From positions 201 through 64,200 of the forward strand of contig JAFAXS010000133.1 of assembly GCA_019240755.1 (NCBI GenBank): 64,000 bases of DNA. The letters are read 5' to 3'. Source of the DNA: Vulcanimicrobiota bacterium. GTDB lineage: Bacteria > Vulcanimicrobiota > Vulcanimicrobiia > Vulcanimicrobiales > Vulcanimicrobiaceae. The notes beneath the pieces were generated by a model that did no database searches, was not told the DNA's origin, and was given only the letters and a program-made list of their open reading frames with translations. Positions 46,123 to 54,687 of the stretch are shown here, one piece after another; positions within the stretch are counted from its first letter, which is position 1; each line of letters begins with the position of its first letter. A program made the translations under genes and the position numbers.

Positions 46123-46722
46123 ATAGCACGACCCCTGCGCGTCAACGATCAGATTCGGATCCGGGCGGTTCGGGTGATCGACGAAAACGGACATCAACTC
46201 GGAATACTTCCCACCGAAGACGCGCTCGCCCGGGCGCAAGGCGCCGGCCTCGATCTGGTCGAGGTCTCGCCCAATGCGCAGCCGCCGGTCTGTAAGATCG
46301 CCGACTACGGGCGCCTGAAATACGAGCAATCGAAAAAAGACAAGGACGCGCGAAAAAAACAGCGACACTTTGAACTAAAGGAAGTAAAGCTTCGACCGAA
46401 GATCGAGACGCACGACTACGAGACGAAGGCCAGGATGGCCGAGCGTCTTCTGCTCGACGGCAGCAAGATCAAAGTGACTATCATGTTCCGCGGGCGCGAG
46501 ATCACGTACACATCGTTTGGGCGGCGGTTGCTCGATCGAATGGCCGAGGACTTGGCGCCGCTGGCGACGGTGGAACGTGAAGCACGGCTCGAAGGCAGGA
46601 ACATGTTCATGATCATGGCGCCGCGCATGACGCCGACGGGGCCGCCGAAGTTTTCGATCCTACGCGACCGGGAGGCCAAGCCCGTGACGCAGACGACAGA
46701 GAAGGAGCGTACCAGTGCCTAA
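46123..46722 (+). CDS. infC: Translation initiation factor IF-3 (ATA start codon)
   Basis: The conserved N-terminus (ARPLRVNDQIRIRAVRVIDENG) lies upstream of the track's GTG 46174. No in-frame ATG/GTG/TTG is available. ATA 46123 sits 8 nt after GGAG. Confidence 0.85.
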   Translation: MARPLRVNDQIRIRAVRVIDENGHQLGILPTEDALARAQGAGLDLVEVSPNAQPPVCKIADYGRLKYEQSKKDKDARKKQRHFELKEVKLRPKIETHDYETKARMAERLLLDGSKIKVTIMFRGREITYTSFGRRLLDRMAEDLAPLATVEREARLEGRNMFMIMAPRMTPTGPPKFSILRDREAKPVTQTTEKERTSA

Positions 46723-46921
46723 AATTCGAACGCACCGAGGAACCGCGAAGCGCGTGAAAGTCAGCGCGACCGGCAAGGTGCAGCATCGGCATCAATTTGA
46801 CGGTTGCGGCCACATTCTGAGCAAGAAGAGCCGCAAACGCAAGCGGCGCTTCCGCAAGGATCAGCCCACGGCCAAGGGCGACCTGAAGCGCTTGGCTCCG
46901 ACGATCCCCTACCTCGTGTAA
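46715..46921 (+). CDS. rpmI: Ribosomal protein L35
   Basis: (M)PKIRTHRGTAKRVKVSATGKV.. Overlaps the infC stop. Confidence 0.95.
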   Translation: MPKIRTHRGTAKRVKVSATGKVQHRHQFDGCGHILSKKSRKRKRRFRKDQPTAKGDLKRLAPTIPYLV

Positions 46922-46936
46922 GAAAGGCTCCTTCAC

Positions 46937-47320
46937 ATGGCACGTATCAAACGCGGCGTCAGCGGCATCAAGCACCGGCGTAGGGTCATGAAGCTCGTCA
47001 AGGGTTTTCGCGCTGCCCGGCGCCGAAACTATCGCGTCGCAAACGAGGCACTCCTGAAATCGCTGGCCTACGCCTTTCGCGACCGCCGCGTGCGCAAACG
47101 CGATTTCAGAACGCTTTGGATTAGCCGTATCAACGCGGCGGTTCGCCGCGAGGGAATTTCGTATTCCGTCTTCATGCACGGATTGAAAAAATCCGGCGTT
47201 ACGTTGAATCGCAAAGCGCTCGCCGATCTCGCGCTTACGGATCAAAAGGCGTTCGGCGCACTCCTCAACGTGGCGAAGGACGCGATGCGACAACGAGCGG
47301 GCATGCCGCCCGAGCATTGA
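46937..47320 (+). CDS. rplT: Ribosomal protein L20
   Basis: MARIKRGVSGIKHRRRVMKLVKGFRAARR.. Confidence 0.95.
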   Translation: MARIKRGVSGIKHRRRVMKLVKGFRAARRRNYRVANEALLKSLAYAFRDRRVRKRDFRTLWISRINAAVRREGISYSVFMHGLKKSGVTLNRKALADLALTDQKAFGALLNVAKDAMRQRAGMPPEH

Positions 47321-47336
47321 ACCTAGGGAATCTTAG

Positions 47337-47627
47337 TTATTCGTCTCCGTCCGCCAAGCGGCGACCGGTAGCCTCGACAACCTTCCCCAGCATCGTTACC
47401 GCTTCGGCTCGGGTCGCGTTGCTGAACATATAGCGTAAGCGTTCGTCGGGATCTTCGACGATCAGCACCGAGCGGCGTCCAAGCCGGACGGCCGTGATCA
47501 ATGAGCGCAAGTATGCTTCGTCTTCCGGCGCCAAGACCGAATGCGATGGTGCGTCTGATTCGTGCTCCAATAAACGCTTCAGTACGCCATCAATGTCGCT
47601 CGGTATCTCCACGTCCACCTCCAACAC
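47337..47627 (-). CDS. Small acidic hypothetical protein
   Basis: 96-aa ORF downstream of the Nudix gene with no recognisable motif. A better RBS (GGAGG) precedes the internal GTG at 47612. Confidence 0.4.
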   Translation of the reverse strand: MLEVDVEIPSDIDGVLKRLLEHESDAPSHSVLAPEDEAYLRSLITAVRLGRRSVLIVEDPDERLRYMFSNATRAEAVTMLGKVVEATGRRLADGDE

Positions 47628-47630
47628 CGA

Positions 47631-47678
47631 TTCCCTACGGCTGTAGCAACGGAGTCGGAACGTCTCCGCCGTAGGGAA
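47631..47678 (-). other. Stem-loop directly after the Nudix stop codon
   Basis: TTCCCTACGGC (47631-41) is perfectly complementary to GCCGTAGGGAA (47668-78), with inner GGAG/CTCC pairing. No U-tract follows. Confidence 0.5.
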
Positions 47679-48302
47679 CTATCGAGGAACGATTCTTCCA
47701 AATTCTCGGCGTTCACCCTGCAGCCAAAACAATGCGAGCAGGGTCTTTGCGTCGGCGGTTCCGTCAGCGACCAGGCGCCATGCCGCCTCTGACTCGAAGA
47801 TTTCAACGTCGATGCGTTCGTCGGCGTCGAGCGCCTGCGCGCCCGGGGATAGCCCGTCGGCATGGAAAAGCTGCATCGCTTCGTCGCAGAATCCGGGCGT
47901 CGTCCAAATCGTGCCGATTGGCTCGATCCGCGCCGCGGCATAACCGGTCTCCTCGCGAAGTTCTCGCTTGGCCGCATCGAGCGCCGGTTCGTCTCGGCCG
48001 GCCGTTCCCGCGGGAAGTTCCCAGAGGCAAACGCCTGCGGCGTGCCGGTATTGGCGCACGAGGACGAGCTCCCGCACGCTCGGCGTCGCAACGATCGCGA
48101 TCGACAAGCCGTGTTCGACGACGTCAACTCGGTGTTGCGCACCGTCGGAATATGCGACCGTGTCGCTCCGAACACCGAAGACGCTGCCGTCAAAGCAACG
48201 CCGGGTGGCGACGACCCGCGGGATCTCTTCCATCGGCCTGACGTTGGCGGAAGCGCGGACCGCAGCCTCGTACACATCGGCGCATGGCTCGTTCGTCCTC
48301 AT
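47679..48302 (-). CDS. Nudix hydrolase (ADP-ribose pyrophosphatase-like)
   Basis: Nudix box ..GTAGRDEPALDAAKRELREETG.. Alternative start at ATG 48233. Confidence 0.8.
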   Translation of the reverse strand: MRTNEPCADVYEAAVRASANVRPMEEIPRVVATRRCFDGSVFGVRSDTVAYSDGAQHRVDVVEHGLSIAIVATPSVRELVLVRQYRHAAGVCLWELPAGTAGRDEPALDAAKRELREETGYAAARIEPIGTIWTTPGFCDEAMQLFHADGLSPGAQALDADERIDVEIFESEAAWRLVADGTADAKTLLALFWLQGERREFGRIVPR

Positions 48303-48487
48303 CGGTCTCCGCCGAAGTCGGATGGCTCGCGCTCTTCTTGGTCGTCTTTGCCGGTTGCGTTTTTCTCTTCGTGCGGACGCTCGTGCCGCACCACTTCAAC
48401 GACAAAATTGCGATCTGCCTGGCGGCTCTTTTTGCGGGCCTGATCTGGATCGTCGTGCGAGCGTGGGCCTCGCGCCTCCGAAGCTGA
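48284..48487 (+). CDS. Possible two-TM small membrane protein
   Basis: 67 aa with two hydrophobic helices (WLALFLVVFAGCVFLFV, ICLAALFAGLIWIVV). Ends 4 nt before the methyltransferase gene. No homology recognised. Confidence 0.3.
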   Translation: MARSSSSVSAEVGWLALFLVVFAGCVFLFVRTLVPHHFNDKIAICLAALFAGLIWIVVRAWASRLRS

Positions 48488-48490
48488 CGC

Positions 48491-49312
48491 GTGGCGGTAC
48501 CGCTCGGGCGCCACTCCGACCGCCTCACCGCCGTGCGCGCACTCCACGCAGCGAAGGGTCGGCGCGAGCAGGGGCGTTTTGCCTTCGAAGGCTTCACGCT
48601 GCTGCAAGAAGCCGTCTACTCCGGTTTCCCGGTTGAAGAAATCTATGCCACACCCGAGACGTACGAGTCCCTGCCGCTCCTGCGAGAAGTTGAAACGACG
48701 GGCGTCCCGGTCTTTCTCGTCACCCACGAGAGCGCGGCGAAGCTTTCCACGTTGACCAGCGGGACCGGTTTGGTGAGCGTCGGTGGCATCGGCCTGCGCG
48801 GACCCGACGCGCTGCTACAACCGACCAGCTTCTCGCTCGTCCTCGCCGATCTCAATGACCCTGCAAACGCCGGGACGCTTCTGCGCTCCGCCGATGCTTT
48901 CGGCTGCGACGGCGTCGTGTGCGGCCGCGCGGGCATCGACCCCTTTCATCCGAAAGTCGTGCGGGGCTCGATGGGGGCGATCTTCCGCTTGCCCGTCGCG
49001 GTCTCGGATCCGCAGTCGCTGCGCAAGGCCGCGAAAGCCGCTGGGATGCGGCTCGTGGGGCTCTCGACTGCGGGCGACGGGATCGAGGGGCAAGAGTGGG
49101 GTCGCCCGGTCGGACTCGTCGTGGGAAATGAGCGGCACGGCCTCGGCGCCTGGGAAGCCTGCTGCGATCGGTTGGTTTCGATTCCGATGCGTGAGCGGGT
49201 CGACAGCCTCAGCGCAGCCGTGGCCGGATCGATCGCACTTTTCTCCGCCGCTAGGAACGAATTGCGAGCAAAAGTCAAGACTACCGGTGCTAAAAGTCGC
49301 ATGGTATACTGA
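48491..49312 (+). CDS. TrmH/SpoU-family RNA 2'-O-methyltransferase
   Basis: ..LVVGNERHGL.., ..IPM...VDSLSAAVAGSIALF.. SpoU knot motifs. Confidence 0.85.
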   Translation: MAVPLGRHSDRLTAVRALHAAKGRREQGRFAFEGFTLLQEAVYSGFPVEEIYATPETYESLPLLREVETTGVPVFLVTHESAAKLSTLTSGTGLVSVGGIGLRGPDALLQPTSFSLVLADLNDPANAGTLLRSADAFGCDGVVCGRAGIDPFHPKVVRGSMGAIFRLPVAVSDPQSLRKAAKAAGMRLVGLSTAGDGIEGQEWGRPVGLVVGNERHGLGAWEACCDRLVSIPMRERVDSLSAAVAGSIALFSAARNELRAKVKTTGAKSRMVY

Positions 49313-49371
49313 TGCCCATCCCGTGACGTCGGCCTCGGAGCCAACTACTGGAGGAGGAGACTGTAAGCGCA

Positions 49372-49473
49372 ATGGCAACGTCCAATCTCTTTTGGAAGCT
49401 CTTCGCCCAGACGGGTTCCATCGATGCCTACTTGGCATATCGGAGGCTGCACGCGGCTCTTACCGCGACGTAG
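49372..49473 (+). CDS. YqzL-like micro-protein (33 aa)
   Basis: Below the track's size cut-off. MATSNLFWKLFAQTGSIDAYLAYRRLHAALTAT matches my recollection of Bacillus YqzL (F.WK.F.QTG.ID.YL). GGAGGAGGAG lies upstream. Confidence 0.55.
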   Translation: MATSNLFWKLFAQTGSIDAYLAYRRLHAALTAT

Positions 49474-49521
49474 GGTTGCGGGTCAAAAAGTACAAAAAAG
49501 TTTTTCGTTCGTTTCTCGAAG

Positions 49522-49557
49522 CGCCCGGCATGATGAAGAGACCGGGCGTTTTACTTT
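49522..49557 (+). terminator. Intrinsic terminator / attenuator hairpin abutting pheS
   Basis: CGCCCGG (49522-28) pairs with CCGGGCG (49542-48), 13-nt loop, followed by TTTTACTTT. The pheS ATG is at 49567. Confidence 0.6.
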
Positions 49558-49566
49558 CATGAGGCG

Positions 49567-50613
49567 ATGACCGATCTCGCCGAATCGTTGGAGCGGCTGC
49601 GGCAACGCTTCTCGGCGCAGGCCGAAGCGGCGATCGACGAGCGCGAGCTCGATAGCTTGCGCGTTCGCTATCTGGGCCGGCAGGGCGAGGTGACGCAGCT
49701 TCGCCGCGGTATCGGGACGCTGCCGCCGGATCAGCGTCGCGATGCCGGTAAGGCGATCAACGACGTCGTCGCCGTGATGGAAGGTCGTCTCGCCGCGGCG
49801 TCGGCTGCGCTCCAAGCGCGCAGCTTTGAGACGGAACTGGCAAGTTCCATTGACGTTACCTTTCCTGCGCGAAAGGCACGCCTGGGGTCGGTGCATCCCG
49901 TTCGGCAAATCATCGAACGGACGTGCGACTACTTCATGCGGCATGGATTCGCCGTCGTTCTCGGACCCGAAGCAGAACCGGAGTACTACAACTTCGACGC
50001 GCTCAACATTCCGGCCGATCATCCGGCGCGGGAAAATTTTGACTCGTTTTGGCTGAGCGACGGCTTGCTGCTCCGGCCCCACACGTCGCCGATTCAAGTT
50101 CGAACGATGCAGCGCTATCCGCCGCCCGTCGCGATCGTCGCACCGGGAAAATGTTACCGCCGCGACGCGACCGATGCCCGCCACCTGTTTCAATTCCATC
50201 AAGTCGAGGGACTGCTCGTCGCGGAGGGCATTCACTTCGGCCATCTCAAGGGGATGCTCGAGGGACTCTGCCGCGAGTTGTTCGGACGTCGCCAAAAAGT
50301 TCGCTTTCGCCCGTCGTACTTTCCGTTTACCGAACCGAGCGCGGAAGTCGACACGACCTGTCCAAAGTGTTCCGGCGCCGGCGCGCCGCAAGGTACGCGC
50401 TGCGGCATGTGCGGGGGATCGGGATGGATCGAGCTCGGCGGCGCGGGAATGGTGCATCCGAACGTGCTGCGGGAAGTGCAGTACGATCCCGAAACGTATT
50501 CCGGCTGGGCATTCGGCTTCGGTGCCGAGCGACTCGGCCTCGCGCTGTACGATGTAGACGACATCCGTCGCTTCGTCACAAGCGATCCCGATTTTCTCGT
50601 TGCACTAAGTTGA
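49567..50613 (+). CDS. pheS: Phenylalanyl-tRNA synthetase alpha subunit
   Basis: ..FRPSYFPFTEPS.., ..GGAGMVHPNVL.. class II motifs. Confidence 0.95.
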   Translation: MTDLAESLERLRQRFSAQAEAAIDERELDSLRVRYLGRQGEVTQLRRGIGTLPPDQRRDAGKAINDVVAVMEGRLAAASAALQARSFETELASSIDVTFPARKARLGSVHPVRQIIERTCDYFMRHGFAVVLGPEAEPEYYNFDALNIPADHPARENFDSFWLSDGLLLRPHTSPIQVRTMQRYPPPVAIVAPGKCYRRDATDARHLFQFHQVEGLLVAEGIHFGHLKGMLEGLCRELFGRRQKVRFRPSYFPFTEPSAEVDTTCPKCSGAGAPQGTRCGMCGGSGWIELGGAGMVHPNVLREVQYDPETYSGWAFGFGAERLGLALYDVDDIRRFVTSDPDFLVALS

Positions 50614-50629
50614 GTCAGGACGATCCCGC

Positions 50630-52987
50630 GTGCGCGTACCGATAAGTTGGTTGCGAGTCTTCGTCGCGTTACCGCGCGACTCGTCCGAGATCGCGAGCCG
50701 CTTGGCGATGCTGGGATTTCCCGTCGAGGAGATCGAGCGACGCCCTCGGATTAGCGGCGTCGTCGGAGGACGAATCGTCGAGCTGGGCAAGCATCCCAAT
50801 GCCGATCGACTCGCGATCGCGCGCGTGGAGGTCGGCGCCGGCGAACCGCTGACGATCGCGACGGCGGCTACCAACGTCGCGGCGGGTCAGAGCATCGCTG
50901 TCGCAACGATCGGCGCGCAACTTCCGGCGTTACGGATCGAGCGCCGTTCGATGCGCGGCGTCGTGTCGGAAGGGATGTTGATCTCGGCCGACGAGCTCGC
51001 GCTGCCGGCAGAGTGGTTCGAGGACGGCATTCTGCAGTTCGATTCCGGCATGGTGCCCGGCAGCGATGTCGTCAATCTCTTCGGTCTGGCCGATGACGTT
51101 CTCGAGGTCGAAATCACGGCGAATCGCCCCGATGCCCTTTCGATACTCGGTTTGGCACGCGAGTTGGCGTCCTCGTACGGCGTTGCGCTCGACGCGCCGT
51201 CCGCACGCAATCCGGGCGAAGGCGACGAGGCCGCCGGTGAACGTCCGAACGTCGTTTTGGACTCGCCGGATTGCCGGCGCTTCGTCGTCCAGCGTTTCAA
51301 CGGCGTCGTTGCCGGTACGGCTCCGGCGTGGATGCGCGTGCGGCTCGCGCTGGCGGGTCAACGGCCGATTAATACCCTCGTGGACGTCTCGAACTACGTG
51401 ATGCTCGAGACGGGACAGCCGCTGCACTTTTACGACGCCGCGGCCATCCACGGCTCGCTGCGGGTTCGGGATGCGCGCGACGGCGAACGCGTCGTAACGC
51501 TCGACGGCGTGGAGCGCGCGCTGACCGCGCAGGCGCTGGTCATCGCGGACGAACGGCAAACGCTCTGCCTGGCGGGCATCATGGGCGCGAGCGTGGCCGA
51601 GGTCGCTCCGTCCACCAACTCGATCCTGGTTGAGGCGGCCAACTTCAACGGTGCGCGCGTTCGCCGCACGAGCAAGGCTCTGGCATTGCGGTCGGAGGCC
51701 TCCACGCGCCACGAAAAATCGCTTCCGCTCGCCCTCACGGATTTCGGCGCCTCGCGCGCCGCGCAGTTACTCACCGAATTGGGAGCAACTGCGTTCGCTC
51801 CCCGAGACTATGGAGCTCGCGTCGCGCCGGCATCGCCGATCGTGCTGCGCCTCGGCGAAGTTGCACGCGTGCTTGGACTCACGATCCCCCGAGAGCGCAT
51901 TACGGAGCATCTGCGCGCGCTCGGATGTACCGTCGAGGCCGCTGACGAGGCACTCTCCGTTACGCCGCCGCTGTGGCGACGGGACGTGAGCGCGCCGATC
52001 GACCTAATCGAAGAGATCGCGCGCATCGAGGGATACGAGAGGATCGAGGCGAGCATGCCGCCGGTGCCCGCTCACGGCGTTTCGAGCGACGCGTTCGATC
52101 TGGACCGCCGCACGGCACAGACGTTGGCCGCGCTCGGCTACCGTGAAGTCATCACGCTATCGCTGCACGGACGCCGCCGCAGCGACAGGGTGGCGCGGGC
52201 CGGACTGACGCCGGAGGCCGAACCGATTGAGGTGCTCAATCCGCTCTCGGAAGAGCAGCGCTTTCTTCGCGCGTCGCTGCTCCCCGGTTTGCTCGAGTAT
52301 CTGTCGGCACACCCCGGGAACGAGCGCATTTTCGAAATCGGGCAAATTTTTTCGCGCGACGGAAGCGAGTTGCGCGAACGAACCGTGGCGACGTTCGGAT
52401 TCGCCGCCGACGCCGCGGCGGATTCCTGGCGCGACGACGCCTTCTTGCAGCTCAAGGGCGACTGCGAGGCGCTCGTGCGCCGGGTCACGGGACACGGTCT
52501 GACGGTACAGGCCGCAACGGTGTTCGGCATGCATCCTGGTAAGAGCGCGACTCTTTCGATCGCAGACGCGCAAGCGGGGTCGCTCGGGTGCGTCGATCCC
52601 CGATTGAGCAACGCCTTCGAACTGGCGCGCAACGTCTATCTGTGCACGCTCGACCTTGGAGCGCTACCGCCCTACCAGCCGCCGCGCTATCGCGTACCGT
52701 CGAAGTTTCCATCCACCTATCGCGACCTGGCGATCGTCGTCGATATCGGCGTCGCGGCGGCTGCCGTCGAAGCAACCGTCGCGCGAGGGCTTGCGCCGCT
52801 GGGGACGGCGGTCAGCGCCTTCGATGAGTATCGCGGCGCGCAGGTGCCTGCGGGCCGAAAGAGCCTTGCACTGCGAATGACGCTTCAGCGCTTCGACGCG
52901 ACGATCACCGACGAAGAGGCCGATGCGGCCGTGGCGGCCGTCGTGCGCGCGCTCGAGGAAGAGTTCGGAGCGACGCTGCGCGCGTGA
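50630..52987 (+). CDS. pheT: Phenylalanyl-tRNA synthetase beta subunit
   Basis: GTG start. tRNA-binding, B3/4, B5 and C-terminal FDX-ACB domains are recognisable along the 785 aa. Confidence 0.95.
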   Translation: MRVPISWLRVFVALPRDSSEIASRLAMLGFPVEEIERRPRISGVVGGRIVELGKHPNADRLAIARVEVGAGEPLTIATAATNVAAGQSIAVATIGAQLPALRIERRSMRGVVSEGMLISADELALPAEWFEDGILQFDSGMVPGSDVVNLFGLADDVLEVEITANRPDALSILGLARELASSYGVALDAPSARNPGEGDEAAGERPNVVLDSPDCRRFVVQRFNGVVAGTAPAWMRVRLALAGQRPINTLVDVSNYVMLETGQPLHFYDAAAIHGSLRVRDARDGERVVTLDGVERALTAQALVIADERQTLCLAGIMGASVAEVAPSTNSILVEAANFNGARVRRTSKALALRSEASTRHEKSLPLALTDFGASRAAQLLTELGATAFAPRDYGARVAPASPIVLRLGEVARVLGLTIPRERITEHLRALGCTVEAADEALSVTPPLWRRDVSAPIDLIEEIARIEGYERIEASMPPVPAHGVSSDAFDLDRRTAQTLAALGYREVITLSLHGRRRSDRVARAGLTPEAEPIEVLNPLSEEQRFLRASLLPGLLEYLSAHPGNERIFEIGQIFSRDGSELRERTVATFGFAADAAADSWRDDAFLQLKGDCEALVRRVTGHGLTVQAATVFGMHPGKSATLSIADAQAGSLGCVDPRLSNAFELARNVYLCTLDLGALPPYQPPRYRVPSKFPSTYRDLAIVVDIGVAAAAVEATVARGLAPLGTAVSAFDEYRGAQVPAGRKSLALRMTLQRFDATITDEEADAAVAAVVRALEEEFGATLRA

Positions 52988-53526
52988 TCGGGGGATTCGC
53001 TTGGCCCGACATCATCATCGTCGCCATCTTGGCAATCGCAGCGCTCAAGGGATATTCGCGGGGCTTCGTCTCCGAGCTCGGCGGCGCGGTCGCCGTGACG
53101 GCGGGTTTAGTCACGCCGTGGTTTTACAACGGCAGCTTCGATTCGCAGATCGAAGGCGTCAGCAAGTTGGGTCCCGGATCCGCGCACGTCGTCGGCATGT
53201 TCGCGACGGGCCTCGTCACCTACGTCGTCATCTTGATCGTCGCGCGTCTGCTCGGCGCGATCGCCAAGCTGCCGGTGCTGGGAATCGGCAACGCGATCGG
53301 CGGAGCGCTGATCGGATTCATCAAGGGAGCGGTCCTGTTGTGGCTCGTGCTATTCGTGGCGCTGTTCTTCCCGCTCTCGCCCGATATCCGAGCCGGCTTG
53401 CACGATTCGCGTTTCGCGCCCTACTTCGTGACCTACGACGGGCCGATCGACGACGCGATTCTCTCGACGATTCCTTGGTTTGCCCGCCCATTCGTGATGC
53501 CGTACTTCAGGCGACACCACTTGTAA
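52984..53526 (+). CDS. cvpA: CvpA-family membrane protein
   Basis: ..WPDIIIVAILAIAALKGYSRGFVSEL.. About 180 aa with 4 TM segments. Confidence 0.8.
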   Translation: MIGGFAWPDIIIVAILAIAALKGYSRGFVSELGGAVAVTAGLVTPWFYNGSFDSQIEGVSKLGPGSAHVVGMFATGLVTYVVILIVARLLGAIAKLPVLGIGNAIGGALIGFIKGAVLLWLVLFVALFFPLSPDIRAGLHDSRFAPYFVTYDGPIDDAILSTIPWFARPFVMPYFRRHHL

Positions 53527-54673
53527 CGCGACCGCCGAAGGCTTCGATCGCGGCGGCGCAGCCCGTGCCCGGCTCGACCGCGATCCCCATCTGCAATAAG
53601 GCGAGCTCGATCGTCGCGAGCGCGGCGAGAATATCCCGCTCGCCGACGTCGCCCATGGTCCCGAAGCGCACGATCTTGCGCGCCAGCGATCCCTGCCCGC
53701 CCGACAGCACGATCCCGTACTCGTTGCGCAGCCGCTGCAAGAAATCGGGAACGTCTACTTCCGCCGGCGGCGTCGCCGCCACGACGGTGGGCGAGTGCGC
53801 GCCGGACTGCGAGAAGATCGTAAAGCCGAGCCGCTCGAGGGCCGCGCGAACCGCCGCGGCGTAGCGGGCATGGCGTGCGTACGCGTTGTGCGCGCCTTCC
53901 GCGTGGTAGCGGCGCAGCGCTTCGTCGAGCGCGAAGAGTATCGAGATCGGCGGAGTCCAGGGCATCTGGCCGAGCCGCGCGGCATTCCGCGCGGCGGCGA
54001 GATCGAAATAGAAGCGCGGTGCGCGGACTTTGGAGCTTCGCTCCCATGCCCGATCGCTCAACGCGATCATCGAAACGCCCGGCGGCGCCGCGAACGCCTT
54101 CTGTGAGGCGGTGACCGCGACGTCGTATCCCCACTCGTCCATGCGGAACTCCGATGCGCCGATGCCGCTGATGGAATCGACCAGCGTCAGCGCGCCGTGC
54201 GACCGCAGAACCGGCGCGAGCGCTGCCATGTCGTTGGTGACGCCCGTGGACGTTTCGTTGTGCGTGAGCAGCACGGCGGCGATTTGGTGTCGCGCGTCCT
54301 TGCGCAGGCGGTCAGCCAACGCCTGAAGATCGAGCGCGCTACCTAACGGTGTCTCCAACCGCTCAACTTCGCAGCCGTAGTTTTGTGCGATCGTCGCGAA
54401 ACGGTCGCCGAAGAAGCCGACGCCGCACGAGAGCACGAGATCGCCCGGAAAGAGCGTGTTGGCAACTGCGGTCTCCAGCGCCCCCGTTCCCGAGCTCCCG
54501 AGCACGATCACGTCGTTGCGCGTACCGAAGAGCGGCCGCAGCGCCTCGGTGATGCGGGTCAAGAGTTCGGCAAACTCGGGACCGCGATGGTCGATCAGCG
54601 GTCGCGCGAGCGCCTCGGTGACCGGCTGCGCCACGCTGACCGGTCCCGGGAGGAACAACAACTGTCTCGGCAT
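53507..54673 (-). CDS. Class V aminotransferase (serine/alanine-glyoxylate aminotransferase-like)
   Basis: MPRQLLFLPGPVSV.., ..HNETSTGV.., PLP-lysine context ..TASQKAF.. Start trimmed to ATG 54673. Confidence 0.85.
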   Translation of the reverse strand: MPRQLLFLPGPVSVAQPVTEALARPLIDHRGPEFAELLTRITEALRPLFGTRNDVIVLGSSGTGALETAVANTLFPGDLVLSCGVGFFGDRFATIAQNYGCEVERLETPLGSALDLQALADRLRKDARHQIAAVLLTHNETSTGVTNDMAALAPVLRSHGALTLVDSISGIGASEFRMDEWGYDVAVTASQKAFAAPPGVSMIALSDRAWERSSKVRAPRFYFDLAAARNAARLGQMPWTPPISILFALDEALRRYHAEGAHNAYARHARYAAAVRAALERLGFTIFSQSGAHSPTVVAATPPAEVDVPDFLQRLRNEYGIVLSGGQGSLARKIVRFGTMGDVGERDILAALATIELALLQMGIAVEPGTGCAAAIEAFGGRVTSGVA

Positions 54674-54687
54674 CGAATACCCCTTCG

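Noticed and set aside
49313-49566. A T-box riboswitch or Phe-rich leader peptide upstream of pheS.
   Set aside because: No T-box consensus (..GGGTGGTACCGCG..) or specifier-loop architecture is visible. The only ORF encodes a YqzL-like peptide with just three Phe. The 10-codon uORF in the hairpin loop (MMKRPGVLLS) has no Phe.
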